From a virus (lineage: Duplodnaviria > Caudoviricetes): 38,178 nucleotides of DNA. The translations under genes were made by a program, and so were the position numbers. The stretch is taken from IMG/VR virus record IMGVR_UViG_3300037308_000544, positions 1 through 38,178 of that record. One strand, written 5' to 3'. Shown piece by piece: positions 24,711-34,294 of the stretch (its first letter is position 1; the number at the start of each line of letters is the position of its first letter). The notes under the pieces are model-generated. The model saw nothing but the letters and a program-made list of their open reading frames with translations, did not search any database and was not told where the DNA came from.

Positions 24711-27251
24711 ATGCTACAAGAAGAAATACGAATTAATGATAAATTTGTATCCGTGGTAAAAATAGATCCTGATTATTCAGAAAAACCAGATATACCAATA
24801 GCTAAAATATCTTCTCAATCAACTAATATTTTTCTCAAAAAAATAAACGAGAAATTTCTTTTAACACAAATAGGAATGACTCCAGCAAATTGTAGATATA
24901 TAGAAAGTTTAAGTGAAAAAACAAAAGTTATAATAATAGAAGAACCTCCATCTATTAGAACGCTATTTTTCTTTACAAAAAGTATTCCAGAGGTAATAGC
25001 TTCTTTAACACCAGAAAAAATAGCAGAATATCAGATTGATAAAGAAGATTTTGAAAAAGAACTTATTAAATTCAATTTAGCTTTACCATATATAATTTTT
25101 ATAATGGTATTTAATGGTTCAAGACTTGATTTATTACAAGCTGCAGTAAGACCAAAACCTATAATTAGTTTAACTGATAATCTTTTTGTTCCTCCATTTC
25201 TAAATATAAATGAGAGTTTTCAAGTATGTCTAGGAGAGGGAGTACAAGACGGAACAAATATCGTAGTATCCACAGAAAAAGTTTTAAAGAAATTTTGGGC
25301 AACTCCATTCAATAGAGATTATGCTAATAATTTTGTAAAATATAAAACAGTTCCAATAATAGGTAATTTATTTGATTGGCAATATAATAGTCAAGAAAAT
25401 CCAATGTTTATTTATAAAGTTGATTGGATTCCAATGGATCAATCATGCCAATCCTTTCTTACAACTATAAAATCAACATATTCACAAAATAAAGTGAAAC
25501 CTTTAACATATATAGAACTTCATAAAATATTTGATATGAAACAAAAATATGCAACAAGAAAAAAGGTTCAGAATAAGCCAGTATTATATGAAGATGTTTG
25601 TAATGGAATTAACTTACTAAAAACAAAAGACGAGCCAGCAACTTCCATATATATAGGCGATCCTTTTCATTTTAAAAATAAAAACTTTTTTATAGAAACA
25701 TTTTTATCTTTTGATCCAGAAGGACCAGCTGAATATCTACGATTTCTATCTACAGAAAATAAGCAAATTACAATGAAGTTAACTAAAAAGACCAGAGCTT
25801 TTCTTCTCAAACAAAGAAAGAAGCTATTATATGATGAAGAGGCAACATTACCAAATGGAATAGTTGTAAAAGCTGGAGATATTTTAATTCTTGAGAATAT
25901 GCTTAGCAGTAAAAAATCATTATTTAAAAAGATTATTTATATTAGAAAAGGGTCAGAAGGATTTGTAGAATTAAGAGCTGGAGATCAATATCTAATAGTT
26001 GATAATATTCCAAAAACTGCTAAAAAACTTGATTTTGACGATATAAAAATAGATGGAGTAAAACTAGAAAAAGATCAAGAATATTTTATCGTTAATAGGC
26101 AAGGAACCAATAATGCCGTATTAGAATATTTGGTAAAAGCCAAATTCAAAGAACTCTCAATTGCCCAATCTGATAGATTAGTAGCTAGATTTTTATATGG
26201 TGCTGGAGAAATCAATCTTAATCTGGGAGATACTGGATGTGTATTTAAAGGATTAACTTTTGAAAAATTACCAAAAGTTATTTATTTAGGAAGACTTCTT
26301 ATGACTAGTTTACAAGGAGAAATGTATAGAAAAGATAATTCAATATATTTTACTTCAGGTATTGGGCATGTACCCGATACATCTACGGGGTTTGATTTAA
26401 TATGCAAAGAATTATTACAAGATGGATCTTTTATAGCAAAATCATCTAATTTAGATATTATATTTTCTGTTGGAGATGAAGTTGTAATTTCAAATTGGGA
26501 TAATCCAATTGATATGTTAAAGATAAAAACAATAATTGGAATAAGCAAAAATACAGAAAAAAGAACAATTGATTTTCATTTAGTAGATAAAGATAATGTT
26601 AACTCAAAGGTTTCTTATGTAGAAAAATATATAATTTATGTAGGAACTGTTAGAAAAATAATACGAGAGTATAATGGAATAAAAAGAGGCTCTAAAATAG
26701 TAGCAAAAGAAGGATTGAAGAACTTTCCAAAAGGATCAGTTAATATTATAATTGGTTTCTTAAATGATACAGGAACTTCAGAACCATTAGTGTTTTGTTC
26801 AAATGCTTTAACCTTATGGTTTAGTGATCTTGAAAAGAATTTTGATATTATTGAAGAAAATTCTAAAGATTGGAATAAGTTAGTTCATGAGCCAATTAAT
26901 TTGTCAAATATTGAAATGCAACCTGGAGATATAGTTGAATGTACCTCTGGTTACAAATTATTTGGTGGTTTTGTATTATTTAAAAATTCATCATACGATG
27001 CAATAATAGCTGCGGCAGTCTTAAAATCTAATATGAATTTTTCAGATTATTATAACTTGGATAGAATGTTTTTAGCTGAAATGAAATTTAATGCAATTTT
27101 AAATCCAAGAATAAGTTTAAAAGAAGATACATATTCTTGTTTACCAAATCTTCATGGAGGATATTATAGAAACTCAGTAATGAATTATAGTACTATTCCA
27201 TATTTTCAACCCGGGAAAGGAAGGGAATTTGATGTTTCCAATAGCGATTAA
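24711..27251 (+). CDS. large protein with N-terminal prokaryotic E2 (family D-like) domain
   Basis: LALPYIIF...LFVPPFLNINESFQVCLG...FWATPFN matches the Prok-E2_D/PRTRC-B pattern; about 600 aa C-terminal extension; lies next to JAB, E1 and Ubl genes. Confidence 0.7.
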   Translation: MLQEEIRINDKFVSVVKIDPDYSEKPDIPIAKISSQSTNIFLKKINEKFLLTQIGMTPANCRYIESLSEKTKVIIIEEPPSIRTLFFFTKSIPEVIASLTPEKIAEYQIDKEDFEKELIKFNLALPYIIFIMVFNGSRLDLLQAAVRPKPIISLTDNLFVPPFLNINESFQVCLGEGVQDGTNIVVSTEKVLKKFWATPFNRDYANNFVKYKTVPIIGNLFDWQYNSQENPMFIYKVDWIPMDQSCQSFLTTIKSTYSQNKVKPLTYIELHKIFDMKQKYATRKKVQNKPVLYEDVCNGINLLKTKDEPATSIYIGDPFHFKNKNFFIETFLSFDPEGPAEYLRFLSTENKQITMKLTKKTRAFLLKQRKKLLYDEEATLPNGIVVKAGDILILENMLSSKKSLFKKIIYIRKGSEGFVELRAGDQYLIVDNIPKTAKKLDFDDIKIDGVKLEKDQEYFIVNRQGTNNAVLEYLVKAKFKELSIAQSDRLVARFLYGAGEINLNLGDTGCVFKGLTFEKLPKVIYLGRLLMTSLQGEMYRKDNSIYFTSGIGHVPDTSTGFDLICKELLQDGSFIAKSSNLDIIFSVGDEVVISNWDNPIDMLKIKTIIGISKNTEKRTIDFHLVDKDNVNSKVSYVEKYIIYVGTVRKIIREYNGIKRGSKIVAKEGLKNFPKGSVNIIIGFLNDTGTSEPLVFCSNALTLWFSDLEKNFDIIEENSKDWNKLVHEPINLSNIEMQPGDIVECTSGYKLFGGFVLFKNSSYDAIIAAAVLKSNMNFSDYYNLDRMFLAEMKFNAILNPRISLKEDTYSCLPNLHGGYYRNSVMNYSTIPYFQPGKGREFDVSNSD

Positions 27252-28560
27252 TGACGGAAGTTTAGAGTTACCTAAAGACGATATAGTATATATTATTGCA
27301 AAAGAAGGTATATTTCTGAAAAAGAAATTGGATATTCTAGAAAGTATTGTTCCAGTACAAAATATTTCTTTTTTGCAAAGTATAAATACAATGGCAAAAT
27401 TACATATACCAAAAATAAAAGCTGATACTATTACAAGAGTAATCTTGTTTTTTAAAGAAATTTATAAATTATATAGTTCAGAAGCTATTGTTTTAATATT
27501 CTATAATAAAGAAAAAAAGAAATTTAAAATGATTCCCCCTTTTCAAAAAGTGACTGGTGGTTCTTTAGAATATAACAGAACCATTAATGAAGAAGGGTAT
27601 GATATGATTGGAACCATTCATAGTCATGGTATGATGTCTGCATTTCATTCTGGAACAGATCAGCATGACGAAAAGAGTTTTGATGGGTTACATATTACTA
27701 TTGGAGATCTTGATGAAGAATTTGTTAGTATATCAACGTCAATAGTTTCAAATGGAACCAGATTTATTGTAGAAACTCTTGATTATATGGAATTAAAGAA
27801 ACAAGTAGATATTGATGAAGTAGAAGAAAGAAGTTATGGAAAAATATTTACTTGGGATCCAGAAACCAAGAAGATGGTAGAAAAAGAGCATACATATAAA
27901 GTGAAAAAATATGATAAAAGATTTTCTCCATTACCATCAAAAGAAAATATATCATTTAATAAAGAATGGTTGAAACGTGTTGAAAAACAAACATATACAT
28001 ATAATACTGCAGCATATAGACACCATTGGGCTAATTATTATCCGGGTTATTATGGTATGCTTGATGATGGTGAAGCATGGGAAGATTATTTCAAAAGAAT
28101 ACGAGGGGATAGAACTCCAGCTGGTTTTAAATTTAAGAAACCCGAAGATTCCAAAAATAATATTACAATAGGTCCAAAAGATAAACAACAAGAAAAGAAA
28201 CCAATAGAAACAATAGTTAAAGATGAAGATGATTTTAATCCATGCGAAAGCTGTACATTTAGAGACAGTAAAATAGATTGGGTAATAGAGCAAATAACCC
28301 AAGGAACCGAAGATAATTATGATGAAGAAAAGTTAACTACCAACTTTATTGTAGATGATTTACAAGTTGTAGAAAATGAAAAAGGAGAAGCTTATTTAGA
28401 AGAAGATCAAAAAGCTATTCAAGAAGAAGTAATGCGTCAGATAGAAGAAGAACCAAAAGTTATTGAAAGGATTCCAGAACCTGGCAAGAAGGCAATTCCA
28501 CTAACATCAAGATTTGGTGGATTACTTCGATTTTTCATTCATAGAAAAGAGGGAACATAA
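27232..28560 (+). CDS. JAB/JAMM (Mov34/MPN) isopeptidase with long acidic C-terminal region
   Basis: SEAIV...GTIHSHGMMSAFHSGTDQHDE (E...HxH...S..D); ATG at 27232 (track uses TTG 27229). Confidence 0.88.
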   Translation: MFPIAINDGSLELPKDDIVYIIAKEGIFLKKKLDILESIVPVQNISFLQSINTMAKLHIPKIKADTITRVILFFKEIYKLYSSEAIVLIFYNKEKKKFKMIPPFQKVTGGSLEYNRTINEEGYDMIGTIHSHGMMSAFHSGTDQHDEKSFDGLHITIGDLDEEFVSISTSIVSNGTRFIVETLDYMELKKQVDIDEVEERSYGKIFTWDPETKKMVEKEHTYKVKKYDKRFSPLPSKENISFNKEWLKRVEKQTYTYNTAAYRHHWANYYPGYYGMLDDGEAWEDYFKRIRGDRTPAGFKFKKPEDSKNNITIGPKDKQQEKKPIETIVKDEDDFNPCESCTFRDSKIDWVIEQITQGTEDNYDEEKLTTNFIVDDLQVVENEKGEAYLEEDQKAIQEEVMRQIEEEPKVIERIPEPGKKAIPLTSRFGGLLRFFIHRKEGT

Positions 28561-29240
28561 TGCGAATTGTTATAGTCGGGCTTGGGGGTATTGGTTCAAT
28601 TCTATGTGAAAAATTATCAAGGTATATAAAACATATTACTAATGAGGAATTTAATTTAATTTTTATAGATGGTGATGATTATGAAAGCAAAAATTTAGTA
28701 AGGCAAGAATTTGCCACATATGGAAATAAAGCAGAAGTAAAAGCAGCAGAAATATTTAATAAATTTGAAATTACTGTAAAACCATATCCATATTTTATAA
28801 ATGGAGATAATATTGACGCAATTATTAAAGATAATGATATAGTTATGCTATGTGTTGATAATCATAAAACTAGAAGACTGGTATCTAATTATTGTAGTAT
28901 GCTAGATAATATTACTCTTATTTCAGGAGGAAACGATTATATTGATGGAAATGTTCAAATTTATGTAAGACGAAAGGGAGAAGATATTACAGCAGATTTA
29001 TGTGCATACCATCCAGAAATAAAAGAAGCAAAAGATAAATCTCCAGAAGAAATGTCATGCGAAGAATTGGAGAAATCAGAACCGCAACTTTATTTTACAA
29101 ATTTAACAGTTGCTACTATAATGTGTTGGACGTTTTATAATATCGTCACAAAAAAATTGATTGGACCAGGCGAAGTTTATTTTGATATAAATTCTATGTC
29201 AGTAAACTCGCAACTAAGAGAACCGAGAAAAGGAGAATAA
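28560..29240 (+). CDS. ThiF/E1-like ubiquitin-like activating enzyme
   Basis: VGLGGIGS, IDGDDYESKNLVRQ, NKAE, CVDNHKTR; candidate catalytic Cys in MSCEE. Confidence 0.9.
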   Translation: MRIVIVGLGGIGSILCEKLSRYIKHITNEEFNLIFIDGDDYESKNLVRQEFATYGNKAEVKAAEIFNKFEITVKPYPYFINGDNIDAIIKDNDIVMLCVDNHKTRRLVSNYCSMLDNITLISGGNDYIDGNVQIYVRRKGEDITADLCAYHPEIKEAKDKSPEEMSCEELEKSEPQLYFTNLTVATIMCWTFYNIVTKKLIGPGEVYFDINSMSVNSQLREPRKGE

Positions 29241-29242
29241 AA

Positions 29243-29704
29243 ATGGCTTACAAAAGAGAAACGTTAGAACGTATGACTGTTGATGAATTGAAAGATATTT
29301 GTTGGAATAAAGATATTAGAGGAGTCTCCAAGAAACCAAAAGCTGTCATTATTGACAAAATTATGGAGAAACTCGGGGCCAAAGAAAAAGCAGCTTTTGC
29401 TCCAGCTAAACCAGCTGCTCCATTGAAAGGATTGTCTGGTGAATTTGAAAGCGAACTAACCAATCCAAATGGAAGAGCTGGCGATAAAACAACTACAACC
29501 ATTCAGGTTTCTTGCGGAGCTTCTTCTGGTAGATTCCCAGTTGTTGGGAGAACCGTAAGGGAAGTATCAGAATTTCTAAAAGAAATTTTGAATGTAGATA
29601 CGCTTTCTTCAGGTCTGGTCAATGGCCGAGAAGTATCATCTGATTATGTATTAAAAGCAAGAGACACTCTAGAGTTTATTAAACCCTCTGGAAGAAAAGG
29701 ATAA
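29243..29704 (+). CDS. ubiquitin-like (beta-grasp) protein with N-terminal Rho-N/HeH-like domain
   Basis: N-terminal LERMTVDELKDIC...IRGVSKKPKAVII; Ala/Pro linker; C-terminal TIQVSCG...GRTVREV...LVNGREVSSDYVLKARDTLEFIKPSGRKG ending in Gly. Confidence 0.8.
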   Translation: MAYKRETLERMTVDELKDICWNKDIRGVSKKPKAVIIDKIMEKLGAKEKAAFAPAKPAAPLKGLSGEFESELTNPNGRAGDKTTTTIQVSCGASSGRFPVVGRTVREVSEFLKEILNVDTLSSGLVNGREVSSDYVLKARDTLEFIKPSGRKG

Positions 29705-29720
29705 TAACTAACTCAGAAAA

Positions 29721-29754
29721 GTTGGAGGGTTCAAAAAAAAATGAACCCTCCAAC
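29721..29754. terminator. perfect 13-bp hairpin after the Ubl gene (terminator-like or mRNA-stabilising)
   Basis: GTTGGAGGGTTCA-A8-TGAACCCTCCAAC; a short T tract follows only on the - strand. Confidence 0.55.
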
Positions 29755-29780
29755 AAATAATCCTTGAAAGGAGAGTAATC

Positions 29781-30629
29781 GTGGTGTATAATAGTATCAC
29801 TGTATTAGGCATCGGAACTCTTGGTGGATTTGTTGCAGATGCAATTTCTGAGTTAGAAAAAGTTTCTAAACTTATAATAATTGACCACGATTTAGTTGAA
29901 GAAAAAAATTTAATCAACTCGATCTATAGACAAATTGACGTAGGACTTCCAAAAGTTGATGCTCTGTCTGATATAATATCTTCAAAATATCCAGATATAA
30001 AAATTGAGAAAATCCAGCAAAAATTTATAGAGGGTAAAACAAAAATTCCCAAAACAGATCTAATTTTAGATTGTAGAGATTATACATATGATAGATTTGG
30101 TTTAATAGATGCTAGATTATATATGTCTTCTAGATATTTAATTGTAGATTGTAGAAGATATGTAACTTATGCTGATAAACAGCAAGGAAAATATCTGGTT
30201 AAGCTTACTAAAGAAGATTTAAAATATGCTTCATTTATTATTTCGTTATTAGTAAATAGTGGAACAATAGAAACAATGAAAAAATCCGAAGTTGTTCAAA
30301 AATATGAATTAGATCATTTCAAAAAAATAAATAAGAAAAACACATATGATATAGTTTATGAAAGCGGAGATAAATTTATTAATCTTCCAGAAACAATTAA
30401 ACCTATAATAGATATTAATAAATCAAAAGAATTGACAGTATTTATTGGAAGCAAAACAATTCCAATAACACAAACTATTATTCCAGCAAAAACATTACGA
30501 AATGAACTAGATGTAATATCGAATTTATCATCAATAGTTAAAATACAAGATTTTAATGCTTTTATTATTTCAATTCAAAATAATAACGAGGCATTCATAG
30601 AATTAATTCCTGAAACCGGAGCTGCATAA
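29781..30629 (+). CDS. second, divergent ThiF/E1-like protein
   Basis: GTG after AAAGGAG; VLGIGTLGG, IDHDLVEEKNL, DVGLPKVDAL and LDCRD; the NLxRQ motif is replaced by NLINS. Confidence 0.75.
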   Translation: MVYNSITVLGIGTLGGFVADAISELEKVSKLIIIDHDLVEEKNLINSIYRQIDVGLPKVDALSDIISSKYPDIKIEKIQQKFIEGKTKIPKTDLILDCRDYTYDRFGLIDARLYMSSRYLIVDCRRYVTYADKQQGKYLVKLTKEDLKYASFIISLLVNSGTIETMKKSEVVQKYELDHFKKINKKNTYDIVYESGDKFINLPETIKPIIDINKSKELTVFIGSKTIPITQTIIPAKTLRNELDVISNLSSIVKIQDFNAFIISIQNNNEAFIELIPETGAA

Positions 30630-30965
30630 ATGTTGAAAGAAATAAAAGTAGAATCTATAATAATTCCAAATAAAGTAATTTATAATGGAAGGCTTTATAA
30701 AATAGTTGATATTGATGAGAAATTTATAATAAAAGAATACATGGTTTCGTTATTTGAAGGAAAAATATTTTCAGTTAAAATTAAGTGCGAACATCCAAAT
30801 GCGAATCCTGAAAGTGGAGAGGTATGCATCCCTGCAAACTTACAAGATCATGGTTTTTCAGAAAAAAGTAAAGCTATGATTCATTCAATATTATGTTGCT
30901 TCAATTTAGATAATTGCTATTTTACTCCGTGGGGTGAATTTGAATACGAAAAAATGGAGTGTTGA
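30630..30965 (+). CDS. minimal E2/UBC-like protein
   Basis: HPNANPESGEVCIP resembles the UBC HPN...G.(I/V)C active-site signature; located in the E1/Ubl cluster. Confidence 0.55.
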   Translation: MLKEIKVESIIIPNKVIYNGRLYKIVDIDEKFIIKEYMVSLFEGKIFSVKIKCEHPNANPESGEVCIPANLQDHGFSEKSKAMIHSILCCFNLDNCYFTPWGEFEYEKMEC

Positions 30966-30968
30966 ATT

Positions 30969-31220
30969 ATGGAAAAAGAAAAACAAAAAGGAACATCTGA
31001 GGAATTACAAAAAAATATTGACGAGACTATTGATGATGTAGAACAATTAACTAGAAAAACAGCAAATAGATTTTCTCAGTTCTTTGTTAAAGCATCTATG
31101 GAAAAATTTGATAAAATTTTAAATAGTGGAAAAATAATCTTAAAAGAGAAAGTCAAAAAAGGATTGAAACATGGCAAGACCAAAAAAGGTAAAAGTAGAA
31201 AATCAACAAAAATCATTTGA
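30969..31220 (+). CDS. hypothetical protein (83 aa, basic tail)
   Basis: GGAG upstream; in the gene train. Confidence 0.6.
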   Translation: MEKEKQKGTSEELQKNIDETIDDVEQLTRKTANRFSQFFVKASMEKFDKILNSGKIILKEKVKKGLKHGKTKKGKSRKSTKII

Positions 31221-31422
31221 TAAACCTATAACTGGTTTAGAAAGTGAAATTAGAAAAATTGTATTAGAGATATTACATGAAGAACAATATAGAATAGCAA
31301 CAAGTGATATAAAAGATATTATAGCTGAATTATTACCAAATTTAGATGCTGTAGTAGCAAAAGCAATAAAGAAACATACTAAGCTTTTAATAGGATGGAT
31401 TGATTCTAATTTAAAGGAGTAA
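31171..31422 (+). CDS. hypothetical protein (83 aa)
   Basis: AAAGGA upstream; MARPKK start; ends 5 nt before rpoC. Confidence 0.65.
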   Translation: MARPKKVKVENQQKSFDKPITGLESEIRKIVLEILHEEQYRIATSDIKDIIAELLPNLDAVVAKAIKKHTKLLIGWIDSNLKE

Positions 31423-31427
31423 CCAAT

Positions 31428-34100
31428 ATGCCAAAGATCTTGGACTATAAAAAATTCTGCGAAACCTTAGACGAAATAACGTCTCTAAAAGTAATAAGCA
31501 AGAAAAAGTTCCATCCAAAAGGATTATTTTCTGAGCAGATTTTTGGCCCAATACGAAATTATACTTGTCAATGTGGAGTATATTATGGAGTTTCAAAATC
31601 AGGTGGTAAATGTGAAATTTGTGGTGTTGATATAGTTAACAGCGATGAAAGACGAAAACGATTTGCTAAAATTACTTTACCAATACCTGTAGTTAATCCT
31701 TTAATATATGATCTGCTTTGTGATCTAGGTGGAAAAGAAATTAAAAAATCTATTGATGAGTTAATGAAAAATGATAAAAGTAGTTTGATAAAAACAAGCA
31801 ATGATGAATATTTCGTAAGGACTGAAGAAACTAATATTCCAGAAACTAATCAAGTTTGGGAAAAGACAGATGCTATATATGAAATAATAAAATTTACAGC
31901 TCAAGATCAAGTTGATTCTGGAAATAATGAATGGAAAATGATTTTAGATAATCTTGATAATTTATTATTAGATACTATAATTGTTTTACCACCAGACCTT
32001 AGACCAACTTCAAAAAATATGCAAGAAAGTAAACAATTAATGGATAAAATAAATAGATATTATGTTCAAATACTTACTAAAAAAGAGATTATGAAAGATA
32101 CTATTATTGATATCCAGAAAGATAAATCTCTTTATTATACTTATTTTAAACAGTTGCAAAAAGATGTATTTGAGTTATATGAAAGAATTTTAGAAAAGAT
32201 GGCAAAAAAGGAAGGTCTAATAAGAGGAAATATTCTTGGTAAAAGAATTGACTTTTCTGGAAGAGCTGTAATTACTCCAGAACCAACTCTTTCTCTTGAT
32301 GAATGTGAGTTACCATATCTAATGCTTCTGGAAATTTATAAATTACCAATAGCAAAAAGAATAATTGAGTTGGGAAAATTCAAGTTGTTAAATAAAGCTA
32401 TTGATTTTGTTGATGAATGTATTGAGAAACAATCACCTGTTCTATTTAAAATTGCTTCTGAAGTAACAAAAGATGAAGTTTGTATTTTAAATAGGCAACC
32501 TTCATTACATAAATTAGGTATGCTAGGATTTAAAATAAAAGTTACTTTAGATCAAGTAATAAAAATTCATCCATTAATTTGTCCTCCATTTAACGCTGAT
32601 TTTGATGGAGACCAAATGGCAGTATACATTCCAATTACAGAAGAAGCTAAAGAAGAAATAAAAAATAAAATTAGCATTAAAATGAATTTAAGTAGTCCAG
32701 CAAATGAAAATTTGACAACTACTCCTAGTCAAGATATAGTTTTGGGAATTTATTTCTTGACTTCAAATTCTTTTCCAAATACAAATGGTCAAAAAATGTT
32801 TATGTCTTGCCTTCCAGAGGGTTATCCTGAAATCGAAGGTACTATTGATAATAAAAAATTAATTGAGATTCTAACAGATATTAAAAATAAATATTCTGAA
32901 GATATTACAATGAAAACTTTAGATAATATTAAAAAATTAGGATTTAAAGCTGCAACTCTTTATGGTTGCACAATTTCTTTAGATGATTGTGAAATGGAAA
33001 ATGCTAAAGAAATTAAAGAAGTTATTTATGAAGGTGATAATATACGAAAACAATTATCGAGATATTCAAACCCAAAATTGATTGATGAAATGAGAAAAAG
33101 ATATAAATATTCATATTTTATAGATTCTGGAGCTCGTGGTAGTTGGGATCAAGTAAAGCAATTAATTTTAACTAGAGGTTTTATTTCAAATTTTGATGGT
33201 CAGATTCTACCATTACCAATAAAGAGCAATTTAGTAGAGGGATTAACTCAAGAAGAGTTCTTCTATTCAACATATGGTTGTAGAAAAGGTCTTTTAGATG
33301 TTGCTTTAAATACAGGAACTTCTGGTTATCTATCAAGAAAATTAGTTTTTACTTGTGCTAATTTACAAATTGATAAAGATTTAGTTGATTGTGGAACGAG
33401 TGATACATTACAAGTAGATATAAACTCTGAACGAAAAGCTAGAATGTTAGTTAATAGATATCAGGTTAAAAATGGAAAACTTGAAAAGATAACAATAAAA
33501 AATTATAAGAAAATAATTGGAAAAGTAATAAATATTAGAAGTCCAATATTCTGTACAAGTCCAAAAATATGTACAACATGTTATGGTGATTTATATAAAA
33601 CAATAAAAAGCAGATTTATAGGAGTATTAGCTGCTCAAACTCTTGGTGAAAAGGGGACTCAATTAGTATTAAGAACTTTTCATACATCGGGTTCAGCAGT
33701 TGTTCAAAAAACAGAAGATTCTAAACCAGATATGAAGCAAAAAGATATTATTGGAGATTTAGCTGTTGTAGCTGAATTATTACATAAATTTAAAGATAAA
33801 ACACCTATTCAAATAGTTCATGAATTATTTGAAGCATATGATAAGGATATTTATCATATCCATTTTGAATGTGTTGTCTCTCAATTAATGTGGCATGGAA
33901 ATCAAAAATGGAGATTATTAAGTAATAGAAATCAAGTTAATCCAACTTTTTATAGTATACAAAGTGTTCCAAACCACGAAAGTTGGATTTTAGCTATGGC
34001 GTTTTCAAATCCAAAACGATCAATTCTGAATGGTATCTTATATGAAGGGATATACTCAGGAATCATGGACAAGATCTTAAAAGGAGAAAAAATTACATGA
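31428..34100 (+). CDS. rpoC: DNA-directed RNA polymerase beta-prime subunit (compact, unsplit)
   Basis: GLFSEQIFGP, Zn finger CQCG..CEIC, VLPPDLRP, GKRIDFSGRAVI, LNRQPSLH, catalytic NADFDGDQM, SGARGS, RKGLLDVALNT..SGYLSRKL and GTQLVLRTFH. Confidence 0.96.
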   Translation: MPKILDYKKFCETLDEITSLKVISKKKFHPKGLFSEQIFGPIRNYTCQCGVYYGVSKSGGKCEICGVDIVNSDERRKRFAKITLPIPVVNPLIYDLLCDLGGKEIKKSIDELMKNDKSSLIKTSNDEYFVRTEETNIPETNQVWEKTDAIYEIIKFTAQDQVDSGNNEWKMILDNLDNLLLDTIIVLPPDLRPTSKNMQESKQLMDKINRYYVQILTKKEIMKDTIIDIQKDKSLYYTYFKQLQKDVFELYERILEKMAKKEGLIRGNILGKRIDFSGRAVITPEPTLSLDECELPYLMLLEIYKLPIAKRIIELGKFKLLNKAIDFVDECIEKQSPVLFKIASEVTKDEVCILNRQPSLHKLGMLGFKIKVTLDQVIKIHPLICPPFNADFDGDQMAVYIPITEEAKEEIKNKISIKMNLSSPANENLTTTPSQDIVLGIYFLTSNSFPNTNGQKMFMSCLPEGYPEIEGTIDNKKLIEILTDIKNKYSEDITMKTLDNIKKLGFKAATLYGCTISLDDCEMENAKEIKEVIYEGDNIRKQLSRYSNPKLIDEMRKRYKYSYFIDSGARGSWDQVKQLILTRGFISNFDGQILPLPIKSNLVEGLTQEEFFYSTYGCRKGLLDVALNTGTSGYLSRKLVFTCANLQIDKDLVDCGTSDTLQVDINSERKARMLVNRYQVKNGKLEKITIKNYKKIIGKVINIRSPIFCTSPKICTTCYGDLYKTIKSRFIGVLAAQTLGEKGTQLVLRTFHTSGSAVVQKTEDSKPDMKQKDIIGDLAVVAELLHKFKDKTPIQIVHELFEAYDKDIYHIHFECVVSQLMWHGNQKWRLLSNRNQVNPTFYSIQSVPNHESWILAMAFSNPKRSILNGILYEGIYSGIMDKILKGEKIT

Positions 34101-34282
34101 GAGATGAAAAAAGAATTAAAAAAATATTGAAGCAAATAGAGGTTGTTTGGAAAAAGTATCCTGATCTAAGGTTGTTTCAATTATTACTTAATCCATTAGG
34201 ATTACCTGGACATACTGAGTTATATTACCTTGAAGATGATACTCTTTCGGAAATCCTAAAAAAATATTATGAGAGCAAATAG
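34097..34282 (+). CDS. small conserved phage-type protein (61 aa)
   Basis: ATGA overlap; MRDEKRI..IL..IE..WKKYPDLRLFQLL pattern. Confidence 0.7.
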   Translation: MRDEKRIKKILKQIEVVWKKYPDLRLFQLLLNPLGLPGHTELYYLEDDTLSEILKKYYESK

Positions 34283-34294
34283 GAGGATTTAAAC

